Source: Paraphysomonas bandaiensis (lineage: Eukaryota; Protista; Chrysophyceae). Taken from it: a stretch of DNA of 64,000 bases. Below the pieces are notes generated by a model. That model did not search any database and was not told where the DNA came from. It saw nothing but the letters and a program-made list of their open reading frames with translations. The position numbers and the translations under genes were made by a program. This document shows positions 1 through 12,020 of the stretch, piece by piece (position 1 is the stretch's first letter; each line of letters opens with the position of its first letter). The stretch lies in NCBI GenBank assembly GCA_965644295.1, contig CBFFRP010000041.1:1-64000 (forward strand). The letters are read 5' to 3'.

Positions 1-839
1 TCTCAACTGCTGCTCATCTAAACGATAATGGACACTCGACCAATCAGCATTGAGAATAGGGAAAGCATTGGTTCAGTATTCGCTTCCTGTATTTATACAG
101 TGTAGGGTACAGTATACTGATACTGTATACCTACGAGTGATATAGACGCATACATACAATAGAGGAATACTGCAAATATATCATATACAGTGTATACGGT
201 ATACAGTGCGGTTGCTGAGAGGAGATGCAGCTCGCTCCTAACTGCCATCTTAATGTGATTGCAGCACACATACCGAACATACTTGTAAGCGAGCAGATTA
301 TCGTGAAAATTGAACAATATGTCCAGAGATGCATTACCATTGTACTCGCTAACGACCACTGCTTCTTCAATTGCCGATATAGAGTACGAGGCGATATAGT
401 ATATTGACTGTGCAGCATCAGTACGAGTGTCCACACAGTGTGATGATCGAATGGAAGGTACCGTAAAATCATGTAATCAGTACATACAGTCATGACAGGT
501 GATATACAGGTCCTTCTTCCAGACAGAGGCGGTCTATGGCAACCCTTAGCCACCAGTAATTGGAAATGGATATATGAACCACACAGAGGCATATAATAAC
601 GGTAAAGAAGCCGCAGACACATCCACTGATTGCAGGAAAAGCACGTGTACACTGTTTACGTACTATAGGTGATTGTAGAAGCTACATATGTGCATTTACA
701 GGCCACTGGTTGAATATAGAGCCATGTACACATATATACCATATATTAGGGTAAGGATACAACATATATATATATTCTGTAGAAGGGTCACAACCTATAC
801 ATATATGTGTGGGTGAAAGAGAGAAACTAGGTTAGTATG

Positions 840-2304
840 TACGCATATATATGTATACATCCAAACTGTAATAATAATAACTCTTCAAAAGAATTATATA
901 TCACAGCCCAGCATATAAAATAGAAGATAGTGCTGATGATTATAAACCTGCTTTAAACCTGCACAGGTTTACACTTCAAAAGAATTATATATCACAGCCC
1001 AGCATATAAAATAGAAGATAGTGCTGATGATTATAAACCTGCTTTAAACCTGCACAGGTTTACACTACCCTCTCTCTCCTTCTCCTCCTTTCCCGTCTAC
1101 TCCTGGGTTGGGCCATCCACAGCGAGGATTTCGGGGTGGTGCTTGGTGATCGTATCATCTACGAGAATCATGCTGGATTCATCGAATTCCCATTGACGGC
1201 CCCACGCATAAACCATGTAATTATCAAAGCCATATAATTGCTTGTTGAGGTCAAATCGAACGGTAATTTTCTTGCGACTCCCGCCCTTGTGGTACCAACG
1301 GAGGTAGGTAAAAGGAACAACATAGCTGGAAGTTTCCCAGTCTGGAAGCTGTAGGGATTCATAGAAAAGGTCCCCAAAGAATCTCAAATCCACATATACT
1401 GTATCTCCCGGTGATACTGAGGTAATGTTTTCCTTGCGCTTGTCGCGTATGAATCTTGTGGCCATATCCGTGTCCAAGGATAGGTGAAAAAGGAAAGGCT
1501 TACTCTGGCAGAAGTCATAGTACGCCTCACATAGGATATCAGGGGTATACGGAATATCAAGAACTTCTCCATCAGCATACTTAACCTTGAAAGTCATCGA
1601 AGTCCTCTTTCTGCAGTCTCCCTTGTAGCCAAGAATCTTATCGACCATGAACTGCTCCTGATCTCGCATTGCAGCATTGAAAGCCTCCTCTGCCGAACCA
1701 TAGAATAGCTCAAGATCCTCAACCGAAAACTTTTTTATTGCTCCACTTATCAGATTCCTACAATCCACATCGTTTTTGTATTGATGGACAACTTGCATTG
1801 GACCCTTATGACGACACGCCAGTTTAGGATGTGGTTTTGGACCAGCATCAAACAAGACAAAATCTCCTGGCGCATACATATTTTGGGGCATAAGTCTCGC
1901 TTGACTCGCTCTTTCTTCAACCAACTGATCTTGAAATTTCTTCGAAGCCTCTCGGAGCACTGTTAGATTCTCATTTAGCTGTTTTAGCAGCATGTGGGAC
2001 GGTTCACCCTCACAATCTTTCAAAAGATCCTTATATACCGCGTCCACGGATCCAAATACAAGCTCAAACGGCGTAAATCCAGTCTCTGAGGATACATGAT
2101 CATTGAGAATGTATTGTACGGAAGGAATCTTTGTAACACCATCGAAAATATCTCGGATCCTTGTGTCAAATACGCATATATATGTATACATCCAAACTGT
2201 AATAATAATAACTCTTCAAAAGAATTATATATCACAGCCCAGCATATAAAATAGAAGATAGTGCTGATGATTATAAACCTGCTTTAAACCTGCACAGGTT
2301 TACA
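840..2304 (-). mobile_element. Non-autonomous, internally deleted Ty3/gypsy (chromovirus-type) LTR retrotransposon
   Basis: Identical 134-bp LTRs at 2171-2304 and 840-973. 5-bp TSD GTATG at 835-839 and 2305-2309. Polypurine tract (minus strand, 1065-1094) abuts TGTAAAC at the LTR start. Internal ORF has an integrase C-terminus and chromodomain; no gag/PR/RT/RH. Confidence 0.92.
1097..2191 (-). CDS. Truncated gypsy integrase C-terminus (end of core, GPY/F-like motif, chromodomain, extra C-terminal domain)
   Basis: IPSVQYILND..SSETGFTPFELVFG (end of integrase core), KLACRHKGPMQV (GPY/F-like), FMVDKILGYKG..MTFKVKYADG (chromodomain). The DDE catalytic part is missing. Confidence 0.85.
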   Translation of the reverse strand: MYTYICVFDTRIRDIFDGVTKIPSVQYILNDHVSSETGFTPFELVFGSVDAVYKDLLKDCEGEPSHMLLKQLNENLTVLREASKKFQDQLVEERASQARLMPQNMYAPGDFVLFDAGPKPHPKLACRHKGPMQVVHQYKNDVDCRNLISGAIKKFSVEDLELFYGSAEEAFNAAMRDQEQFMVDKILGYKGDCRKRTSMTFKVKYADGEVLDIPYTPDILCEAYYDFCQSKPFLFHLSLDTDMATRFIRDKRKENITSVSPGDTVYVDLRFFGDLFYESLQLPDWETSSYVVPFTYLRWYHKGGSRKKITVRFDLNKQLYGFDNYMVYAWGRQWEFDESSMILVDDTITKHHPEILAVDGPTQE

Positions 2305-2779
2305 GTATGGTATGGAGCAAGTATCTTGTACAGTCAGAATGTTTCAGCTGTGAAGCATCCAGCAAACTGCAAATCTTTTCAAGATGCGATTTGGTTTCCA
2401 AACCAGTCGTTTTCAGTATGTAGTTTGGTGTGTGAGAGGTTGTAGCGTGTTGTTGTCACACTTGTGCATAATAATTCATAGTTATATTATTAAACTAAGT
2501 GATGCTGATAGACCCCCCCCCAGAGTACAAGGTTTCATCAATGTTTCTGAAGGCGACTGAAGGACATCTATGGAGATTGTGTTGAGAAAGAATGGTGTAC
2601 AAAAGCCTACTTGAGCATTGGAGAGAGCGATGGAGTCCTGCCCATGCTGTTATATCTTACTATATTACTGCTCTTTAGCTTTGTGTTCGCCTGATCTATG
2701 TTGTATTGATTTTAATTCACCTTCTATGACCTCATGCTTCTGTAATTCGTAGCTATGTAGCTATATGCGAGTACAATTC

Positions 2780-2904
2780 ATGACTAGGTTTAATACTATA
2801 ATTGGCTAGGTTGAGTCATTTATTGCTTTGACTAGGTTATTACACCAATTTTGGAGTGACTAGGAAAGTCCACCAAATTGACTAGGTTGAATAATATATC
2901 CCAA
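2780..2904. repeat. Dispersed repeat with GACTAGG motifs, probable transposon terminus
   Basis: Clustered gactagg motifs, tacaccaattttgg and a terminal ataatatatcccaa, all shared with 24215-24309. Confidence 0.6.
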
Positions 2905-3151
2905 ATATTAGAAGGAAGAAAGTATCAGGATTGTGGGCAAGCTATGCAACACGATCACACATTTTGAGCTGGGCAATGGTGACTTGAACTCAATAAAAAC
3001 TGTAAAATTCGTGGTTAGTACTTAGCAAGATTTTTGGTATGCTAACAAAGAGGAAAAAAGAATGACATTGGAATCAATTATTTGATATTAGATGTTAGTT
3101 TTACTAGTACGAGCTACGCGAGTTCTGAGAGAGTATAACCGATTTAGCGTA

Positions 3152-6100
3152 TTACTTTTTTTCTTCGCTTGACTTTGCAGCCTATATAACACAAAATTAT
3201 TCGATCAAGGTGCGGTGCGCACACAAAAAAAATACCTTCGTTTGCGCTCCTTGTGTGCTCTCCTCACTATCGTCTGATGTCAAAGCTCGCTTCCTGGTGG
3301 TTGTAGGAGCGACAGCAGGTACAGCGCCAGCCAGAGGAGCAGTAGCAGCAGAGTTCCCGCCCCCTCCGCTAAACCGGGCGAACCTTATCAACCGCCGCTG
3401 CTCCGGAGTAAGCTCAGCCTGTAGTGTGAAATTAACACAATTAATATATATCTTATCACTCTACCATTGTTTTTATAGGAATTGAACCGATGGATTCATT
3501 TTGCTGTTCTTTCGGTTCATCAGCTTTCGGTTCATCTGCTTTCGGTTCATCTGCTTTTGGTTCCTCAGCTTTTGGTTCACCACCTTTTGGTTCATCGGTG
3601 CTTGCATCCACAGTGGTCTCCGGCTCATCGACCTCCACTGTTTCTCCCTCGTTCTCTGTCTGCTTCTGCTGTGCATCAGCTGGAGTGTCTTCAACTGGGG
3701 AAGTTGAGGTGGTACTTTGAGGAAGTGCTCTTACTGGCTGCCCAGCTTGAGACAGAGGAGCTCCCGATGACGGGGCCTGGTTGGCAGCAGCACTTTTGAA
3801 GAGTGACCCACCAAACCCTTTGAAGGGCGCAGCCCCAGATCCTGAGCTACTCGGTGCGGGAGTGGGGATAGGCAGTGGCTTACTCACGCCGGACCCGAAT
3901 TGAATAGTAACTTTGGCGGATGAGGGTGAGGGCGGGCGTAGGTTAAGAAATGGAGACTGCGGAGGAGTAGGATGTGGAGTGGCATCTGATGCCTTCACAG
4001 CCTCCTCACCAACATCCTGCTCTGAGATAGGTTCATCCACTCCCTTTGTAGCAGAAGAAGTTGACTCTTGATTAGTTTCTTGTGATGCCTTTTCTTGGGA
4101 GCCCTCACTACCTGTAACTTTTCCAATAAACGGGGAGCTGAAGGACGGCTTCGAAACTGTTTTGGGCGCAAAGGCGGCCGCAAATGCGTTCAGTGCTGTG
4201 TTTGATCCTACGCCTTCACTACTTGATGGAGACGTTTTCTGCGGCTTGAATTGGAAAATGCTACCAGATTTTGGTTTCAGTCCCAGGAAAGTGGACGAAC
4301 TTTGGCTTGGAACCTGGAAAGCGGGTTTCGGAGCAAATGTCTGCATTGGTTTAGAGGTTTCTTCGTCGCCAGGGCCCTTCGAAATCTGGGCTGTATCTGC
4401 AGCACTAGAAGTCACTTCAGAATCGCCACCACCTGTCTCCGTCGCAGCTAACTCTGTAGATTCTGCCATGTCCGCGACAGCCGGTACCTCCACATCTTCC
4501 TGCTGCTCTTCGACAGCAGCGGGCTGTTCTTCTCCAGCCATTTCCTCAGTCCCACCTTCAAGAGTCGCATCACTAGACTCCATGGGCTCCGAAGGCGGCA
4601 CCTCCTCTTTCTCATCACTGACCGCTACTTGCTCAGCAGAATCGGGTTCAACAGGTTCTGCAACAGTTCGGACAGACTCTGCAGAGGTAGAGGCAGGCTG
4701 AGCAGCTGATGGTTCACTCTTGACGTGTTGGAACCTGCAATTATCGCCATTCCTACATCCGGCGGGGGTATTGAAGAAGTGACATGGGGCAGCGGAAACA
4801 GCGGGAGCCGCAGGTGCTGCTGTGGTAGGCGGTGCAGGGGATGGACGAGACTTTTTGGTTGCAGGGGCATCACTATCATCCTGTGCACTACGAGCAACAC
4901 CAGCAGAAGCTGCATTTGCTTTCTTCGAAGCCATACGGCGAAGCAGATCATCACGCATGCTCTTAAGTGATGCGGGATCCACTGCACCCTCGGTGCCAGT
5001 CGGTGCTGGGGTTGCGGCCCCAGACGGTTCCTCTGGGGATGATGTTGCAGGACCTGAAGGTGCAGGTTCCTCCTTTTCTGGAGCAGGCTTTGGCGGGCGA
5101 GTAGATGTTGCTGCAACAGCTTTTGCAGCTGCACTCTCCTTTGCAGCCTTAAGTGCCTCCGCAGCGGCGGCATCAGCTGCATTCTTTTCGTTCTTGAGCT
5201 TTTCACATTCCTCTTGTAGCTCACTAATCCTTCCCGTTAAGCGAGTAATTTGAGTCCTTTGTTCTCTGTTCTGCCTGTTGAACTCCCTCAACCGTGTTCG
5301 AAGATTCTCGCTGTTCTTCTCCATGACCTCGGCAGTGGACATCATTGAAGCTGTTTCGGTGTTTTTCTCGGCGAGTTCAGCCTCCACCGCCTCCAGTCTA
5401 GTTTTTGTGGTTTCCAGGTTAGTGCGGAGCTCTTCCACATTCGCTTCTGCTTTCGCTAGGCTCTCTTTCAGCTCACGATGCTCCTCGGGATCAACATCAT
5501 TGTACCTGGATACGAGTTGGTGAAGACGATCCTTCCAATAGGTGGCATCGGTTGTCAGGGCAACTTTTTCAGCTTCAAGAGTATGCACAGTGGCTTCCAG
5601 GCGAACTATGTTTTCCTTCAGAGGGGCAATTTCAGATTTCGTTGCTTCCAATTGTGCCTGCATACTAGCCTTTTCAGTTTTAAGATCATTGTTTTCAGCT
5701 CTGAGATGAGAGTTACTCTCTCGCACAACATTCAGTTGAGTTATTTCGTTCATGAGCCTAGTGAACTCTTCCTCACTGCGAGCATTTTGAGACCTCGACT
5801 CTATTTCCTTTTTCAATTCGGAGCGAGCTTCATCCAAAGCCTTTTGTGTTGCGGAGCACTCTGCAATCCTCCTGCACAATTTATGAGCACAAAATTCACA
5901 TATTTAGTCATATTGCATACCTGTTCTTCTCAGTCTCCGTAAGAGACAATCGGGCCTCAAGCATATCTCTCTCACGTTTCATGTACCGAACAACTTCCCT
6001 GAGCTCCGCCGCAGCCTGTCGTAAATCGATCAGCTCGTCCGTCGATGAAGCTTGCTCTCCATCTTGGACAGACTCGGGGTTCTCCTCTACTAGGGCATCA

Positions 6101-9100
6101 ACTCGCTCGTTCTGCATACGAGACAATTGACTTGACATAGACTGAATCTGGCTATGCAGCAAGTCGTTTGTGTGTCGCAACGCGGCCATATCTTCGTTAT
6201 TGCTATCGAGTTGATTCTTAGTACGCCCTCTCTCCTCGTCCAAGGCTCGCTCCGCAGCAATAACCTTGGCAGAGAGATCAGCTACTCTTTCCTGTGCGTC
6301 CGCCAGGTCCGTTTGAAGAGTCTCCAATCTACTCTCCGCCTTGCGCAGACTAGCAGCCGCCTGAGCATGCAGCTGCAATTCCCTCTCATAGTTGGCAGCA
6401 GCCTCCTTCGCCGCAGCTTCAAAGACACTAGTATCTGCCTTGAGGGCAGTCATTTGCTCCATTGCCCGAGTTTCTGCGGCTTTCGCTAGTTCACACTCCT
6501 CCCGTAGATGCGCCACCTCTTCCTCATGCTTCTTTGCCGCGGCCGCAGCAGCTTCCCTTACCGAGTCCGCCTCCTTTACACTTTCGATTAGGCTCTGTCT
6601 ACGCTCAACAAGTTCTTGCTTGCTCGCCTCAAGGTCTTTTCTCAATGCGGCAACTTCCTCTTCCAAGGAGGAGCGAGCGGCAGCGGATCGCTCCCGCAGC
6701 TCCTTCAGTGCACTCTCTGTAGAGGCACTAATCTTACGAAACTGCTCCGCATGTGATTCAGCAGCCTGCAGCTGATTCTTCAAAGAATCAATTTCAGCAT
6801 GTGCTTTTTCAAGCTCAACTTCTCTCTGGGCATTCTCTGCAGCCAATATGGAGTCTGATGTCTGGGCACCTTGAATAGATGACAGTCTATCCTGGGCAAT
6901 TGTTAATTGTCTTTCGAGCACAGCTGCACGGTCCTGTGCAGATTTCGATATTCCTTGCTCTCTCAAAAGATCCTCTCGCAAAGAAGTATTGTCGGCAGTA
7001 CGTTGCTCAATCGTGCCCCGGGCAATACGTAGCTCCTCCTCTAGCGTCTGCATCTTCTGCTCATGCATGAGAGTAGTTTCACTGTGTTCACGACGAACCC
7101 GATCCAGAGTCTTATTGAGACCCTCTACTTCGCTTTCCAAGGCTTCCCGCTCCTCTTGCACACGACTGGCAAGACTCGCCTCGATACGGTACACGGACTC
7201 AGAGAGCGCAGATTGCCGTTTCAGTTCTTCACGAAGATCACCTACTTGAGATAACAACCGCTGTTCAGCAGATCGACAGACTTCCGCCTCGACTTGGGCC
7301 GTCCTCGCACTCTCTGAGGCAGCACGGAGTTGGTCCTTCAGTTGAAAAATGGTTTCCTCACGAGCACGCACTTCTCGCTGTTGTGACATGAGCAAACCCT
7401 CCATTTCTGACCTCCTCGACGTAGCAGTTTCGTACGACTGCTGCGCAGCTTTTAGTGCAGACTCCAGGGTGCCTACACGATGCTCATGAAACCTAGCCTC
7501 GGACGTAGCCTGCGCTAACTGCGCCCGCACAGAAGACAATTCTTCGCGAGATTTGTCGACAGCATCACTGAGAGATTGTTCGATATGTTCCAGGCGACAC
7601 AGGCGATCCTTTAGTCTGCTATTTGCTTCCTCTGCCTGTTAACAGTGTTGAACAATTAAAATTAATCGTTATAAGGTGCTCGTACCTCAGCTAGCTTCAT
7701 CTGTAGTGCCTCAGTGGCTTTCGATGAAGCATATCCACCCCCTGCTGCTGGAGAGGTGGGTGTGTTGGTGATGGCTTTACCTTGTGCCTCGGAAACTCCA
7801 TCTACTTCCTCCACCATCGCTCGATAAATATCCCGTTGCTGCACGAGGCTCGCCACCATGTCTTCCATACGCTGCCTAGACTCACGCATTTGCGCTAGCT
7901 CCTCCAAAGTGGTGGCTAGAGTCTCCTGAAGATCTTCGTCTTTTTCCACAACAGATACTTCGCGACTAGATGATGATACCTGTTCTGCTGACAAGGTACG
8001 TATGACCTTAACCAGCTGCATATTACGGGTCTGTAGCTCTTCGATATCGTCGAATGTGACCAGATACTCCGATATGACACCATCAGCTGCCCCCTCACCA
8101 GTACCCTTGCGAGGCGTACTACTCATCCCCATGCTACGCTTCAGAAGGTGTTGTATTTGTTTCCCTAAGTCCTTGTTCTGAGCCTCCAGCGCAGTGGCTT
8201 CCGCTACGGCCTCCCGTCGCTCCTTCTCTGCCTCCTCTAACTTTAGTCGCAAAGTCCCACTCTCTGATATCAGGGAATCTAACTTCTTTGTCAGCTGGGC
8301 ATGCGATTCAAGTACCCGCATATGGTCCTTGCGCTGGGCAGCAATAAGAGGGGCCTTGTTCTCCACATCTTTCAAGATACGATCAAGGTACAACTCAAGT
8401 TCCCGCCTCCGGGATCGTTCACCAACAGCCTCCCTTTCAGCTTTCACAACTCGGTCATACATTTCAGTGATGCCGAGTGACTCGAATTCAGGAGGAACGA
8501 CAGCTACTTCCCTGCCAGGGCTCTGCTGCTGTTGGGTTTGCTCCTGCTGTAGCCGTGCCCCTTCCAGTTCACTGCGCAAGGCCTCCTCCCGCTGTCTGGA
8601 CTCTTCTTGGTGCTTTGCAAGGGCCTCGGTGGCCCGATCAACTTGCTCCGCCAGACGTGCTTTGAACTGTGCAGCCTGCTTTCCATGGCTCTCTTTCCAC
8701 GCCCTACAGCTGTCCTCCAGTTCGTCGATCTTCTTCAGTGCATCATCCAGATGACTCTTGTAGAGCTCCGCCAGTCGTCGTTGTGCACCTACCTCTGCTA
8801 CAAAGTCTGCCTGCTGTTTTCCTGTGGCCTCTTGCAAATTCTTTACCTCCTCCATGAGCTCAGAAATTTTCTCTTCCTGTAGAGTGGCGCGATCTTTCAG
8901 TTGATCCACTTGCTGAAGTCGGTCCGTACTCTCGTTTGTCTTCTGTGCCAGTAAAGCCTCCAGCTCTTGTGTCTCCCCAGAAGACTTTTGCCGTACTTCA
9001 TATAGTTCTTTTGTGCGTGAGTCAAGCTCTGACTCAAGCCATGCCACACGTGACTCTAGCGCCCCCTTTTCTCGTGAGCACTTCGCAAGGTCGAACTGAA

Positions 9101-9654
9101 CTGGTAGCAGCTGTCCTTCAGCCTCCGTCAGAGAGTTCTGGACTTCGCGCAGTCGCCCTTGCAGTGTAGAGAGCTGGTCCGCTTGCATCTTGATATCATC
9201 TCGTAGCCTAAACAAAATAAGAACCAGTGAAAAATGTGGTCGTAATCTCCTACCTGTCTGATTCCTCACATTTCCGTCGATACTGGTCATTTAACTTCTC
9301 CATTGATTGTTCCAGAGATTTATATTTCGCATCCCTCTAAATAATCAATTAAATACCATTACCAAAACGAGTCTTTAATCAACTCTAAATCTCTTCAACT
9401 CACCTGCTTGATTTCATTCTCATGTTTAGCGACATCTACATGAGAGGAGTCCGCCACACCCCTCAGCTCACTCACCATATCCTCTAGACTCGATACTTTA
9501 CCTATAATCCATATGTTATTTCATACAAGATAAGAGGGGGTGATATGAATGACAGACTTTGAAGGATTCCTCGTTCATTACATACGGATTCATATTCTTT
9601 ACGGAGAGATACATATCTCTGTTCTAATTCATGGAACTGCTGCTCCTCCGCCAT
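3152..9654 (-). CDS. TPR: Nuclear basket nucleoprotein TPR/Mlp1 (multi-exon)
   Basis: Long coiled coil with TPR/MLP-type motifs (LVTFDDIEELQTRNMQL, NYERELQLHA, LNVVRESNSHLR, YWKDR..LVSRY..VDPEE) and a disordered C-terminus. Exons join via GT-AG introns from ATG 9654 (MAEEQQF) to TAA 3152. Confidence 0.88.
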
Positions 9655-9852
9655 GATTGCAATACGGATGTAAAGGTATTACAATCACCTCAATGTATAG
9701 AGAAGTTAGTAGATGGAAAAGTGGCAAGTAATGTGAATAAATATAAATACGATGCAAAGAATGGTATGAATAAATTAAATATACCCATTGCAAATATACC
9801 CACACAACTAAAGCCACATATATATACAGTTCACTTCGTAGCAACCAACACA

Positions 9853-10370
9853 CATACATACATACATACATACATACATACATACATACATACATACATA
9901 CATACATACATACATACATACATACATACATACATACATACATACATACATACATACATACATACATACATACATACATACATACATACATACATACATA
10001 CATACATACATACATACATACATACATACATACATACATACATACATACATACATACATACATACATACATACATACATACATACATACATACATACATA
10101 CATACATACATACATACATACATACATACATACATACATACATACATACATACATACATACATACATACATACATACATACATACATACATACATACATA
10201 CATACATACATACATACATACATACATACATACATACATACATACATACATACATACATACATACATACATACATACATACATACATACATACATACATA
10301 CATACATACATACATACATACATACATACATACATACATACATACATACATACATACATACATACATACA

Positions 10371-10404
<34 letters not shown>

Positions 10405-10737
10405 CATACATACATACATACATACATACATACATACATACATACATACATACATACATACATACATACATACATACATACATACATACATACATACATA
10501 CATACATACATACATACATACATACATACATACATACATACATACATACATACATACATACATACATACATACATACATACATACATACATACATACATA
10601 CATACATACATACATACATACATACATACATACATACATACATACATACGTACATACATACATACATACATACATACATACATACATACATACATACGTA
10701 CATACATACATACATACATACATACATACATACATAC
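9853..10737. repeat. (CATA)n microsatellite, ~885 bp
   Basis: Near-perfect tetranucleotide array with three single-base interruptions (~10401, 10650, 10698). The ORFs over it are artefacts. Confidence 0.99.
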
Positions 10738-10898
10738 TTAGTAACACTTACTTCTGTTCACACTTAGTAACAACTTAGTAACACTATATATATCCTGCAT
10801 CGTTTGTTTCTACTTATTTAACAAATTAAATCATTTCTACAGACTACAGAATTACGGCTTATATTTCAGCTATTGGAAATTGCTCATTTTAAGCTAGA

Positions 10899-10963
10899 CA
10901 TACATACATACATACATACATACATACATACATACATACATACATACATACATACATACATAC
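10899..10963. repeat. (CATA)n microsatellite
   Basis: Direct reading of the sequence. Confidence 0.97.
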
Positions 10964-12020
10964 AGATACGGCACTGTGTATCGTCTGTAGGTTCTCATAT
11001 CTTGGTCTCCGCTCTAGAGGGAATATTCATGTCAAATGTACAATGGATATCCTGCAGATGAAGGAATGAAATGAAACGGCACAGGCGAACAACAAGAAGT
11101 ATCTAATAGCCTCACTGGTACGATGGCCTACACTACACCACTAACCCCTATTGCTGGACGACCTAGTTCCCGTCTACACAACTGGTAATTTGGTGTATTG
11201 TATAAACGGCGGGAACAAGTACGAACCATGGAGCGTTTGCATATCCAACACGCCGAGATGGATAATAAAGATAGCAGAGCTAAAGGCTAGTGTTTTGAGA
11301 ATGGGTATTCAGTGTATTGATATAGCTAGTATTATCTATTATACAATGTGTTAAATAATTTATGTTGGATACTTGGGGTAATGTAAATGTATGCGGAACA
11401 CAGTACTTACCATTACATTAGCATGTACAATACAACAATATTAATATTTAATATGTATGCGTTCATAATTACAAGAGACAAGAGACCTTGTGCAGTCTAG
11501 TGGGGGAAGACTAAGCCAAACATGCTAGGCCTATAGAATATATACATTCATCAGGCGTAGCTATGACTAGGGCCGAGTAAACTTTGTGAAGGTATTAAAT
11601 TGAAGTGTTAGTCAATATTTTGATTCCCTTATCAATTAGCTGAAGTAATCTAAAGATTTTTTCAGGGATAGGGAAGCAAATATATATTGCAGTACTATTG
11701 TTAGATAGCGTTCCATCAATCTGTTATTTGAATCATATTTTGTTACGAAGTGTACTTTGTATTTAGTGTATTTGTATACATTTCCGCTCGCCCAAGGCCT
11801 AAGACAGAGCTAGATACGAATACAAGAAACAGACAGCATATGTTATGACATGATAGAAAAAACAAATTTCATTACTTAATACAGCCAATGATGCAGAGCC
11901 TAAACAAAATTGACAGGCTAAAATCATTATGCAAGGCTATTCACAATCTTCACCGGAACACAACGTAAGGAAAGCGCTACTAAGAACGCCAGTATTCTGA
12001 ACACCACAAGACCGACAACT

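Noticed and set aside
93-652. Overlapping short ORFs at the window start
   Set aside because: No recognisable motif and no consistent splice model.
3482-9169. Many plus-strand ORFs antisense to TPR (likewise antisense ORFs over other genes)
   Set aside because: Shadow ORFs caused by codon bias of the real gene on the opposite strand.
9629-10767. Long MYVC/HTYI ORFs (also 25913-26840 and the N-terminus of 58404-59801)
   Set aside because: Translations of stop-free CATA/TATG microsatellites.
11166-11217. Imperfect hairpin gttcccgtc..ggcgggaac
   Set aside because: Single short stem with no supporting context.
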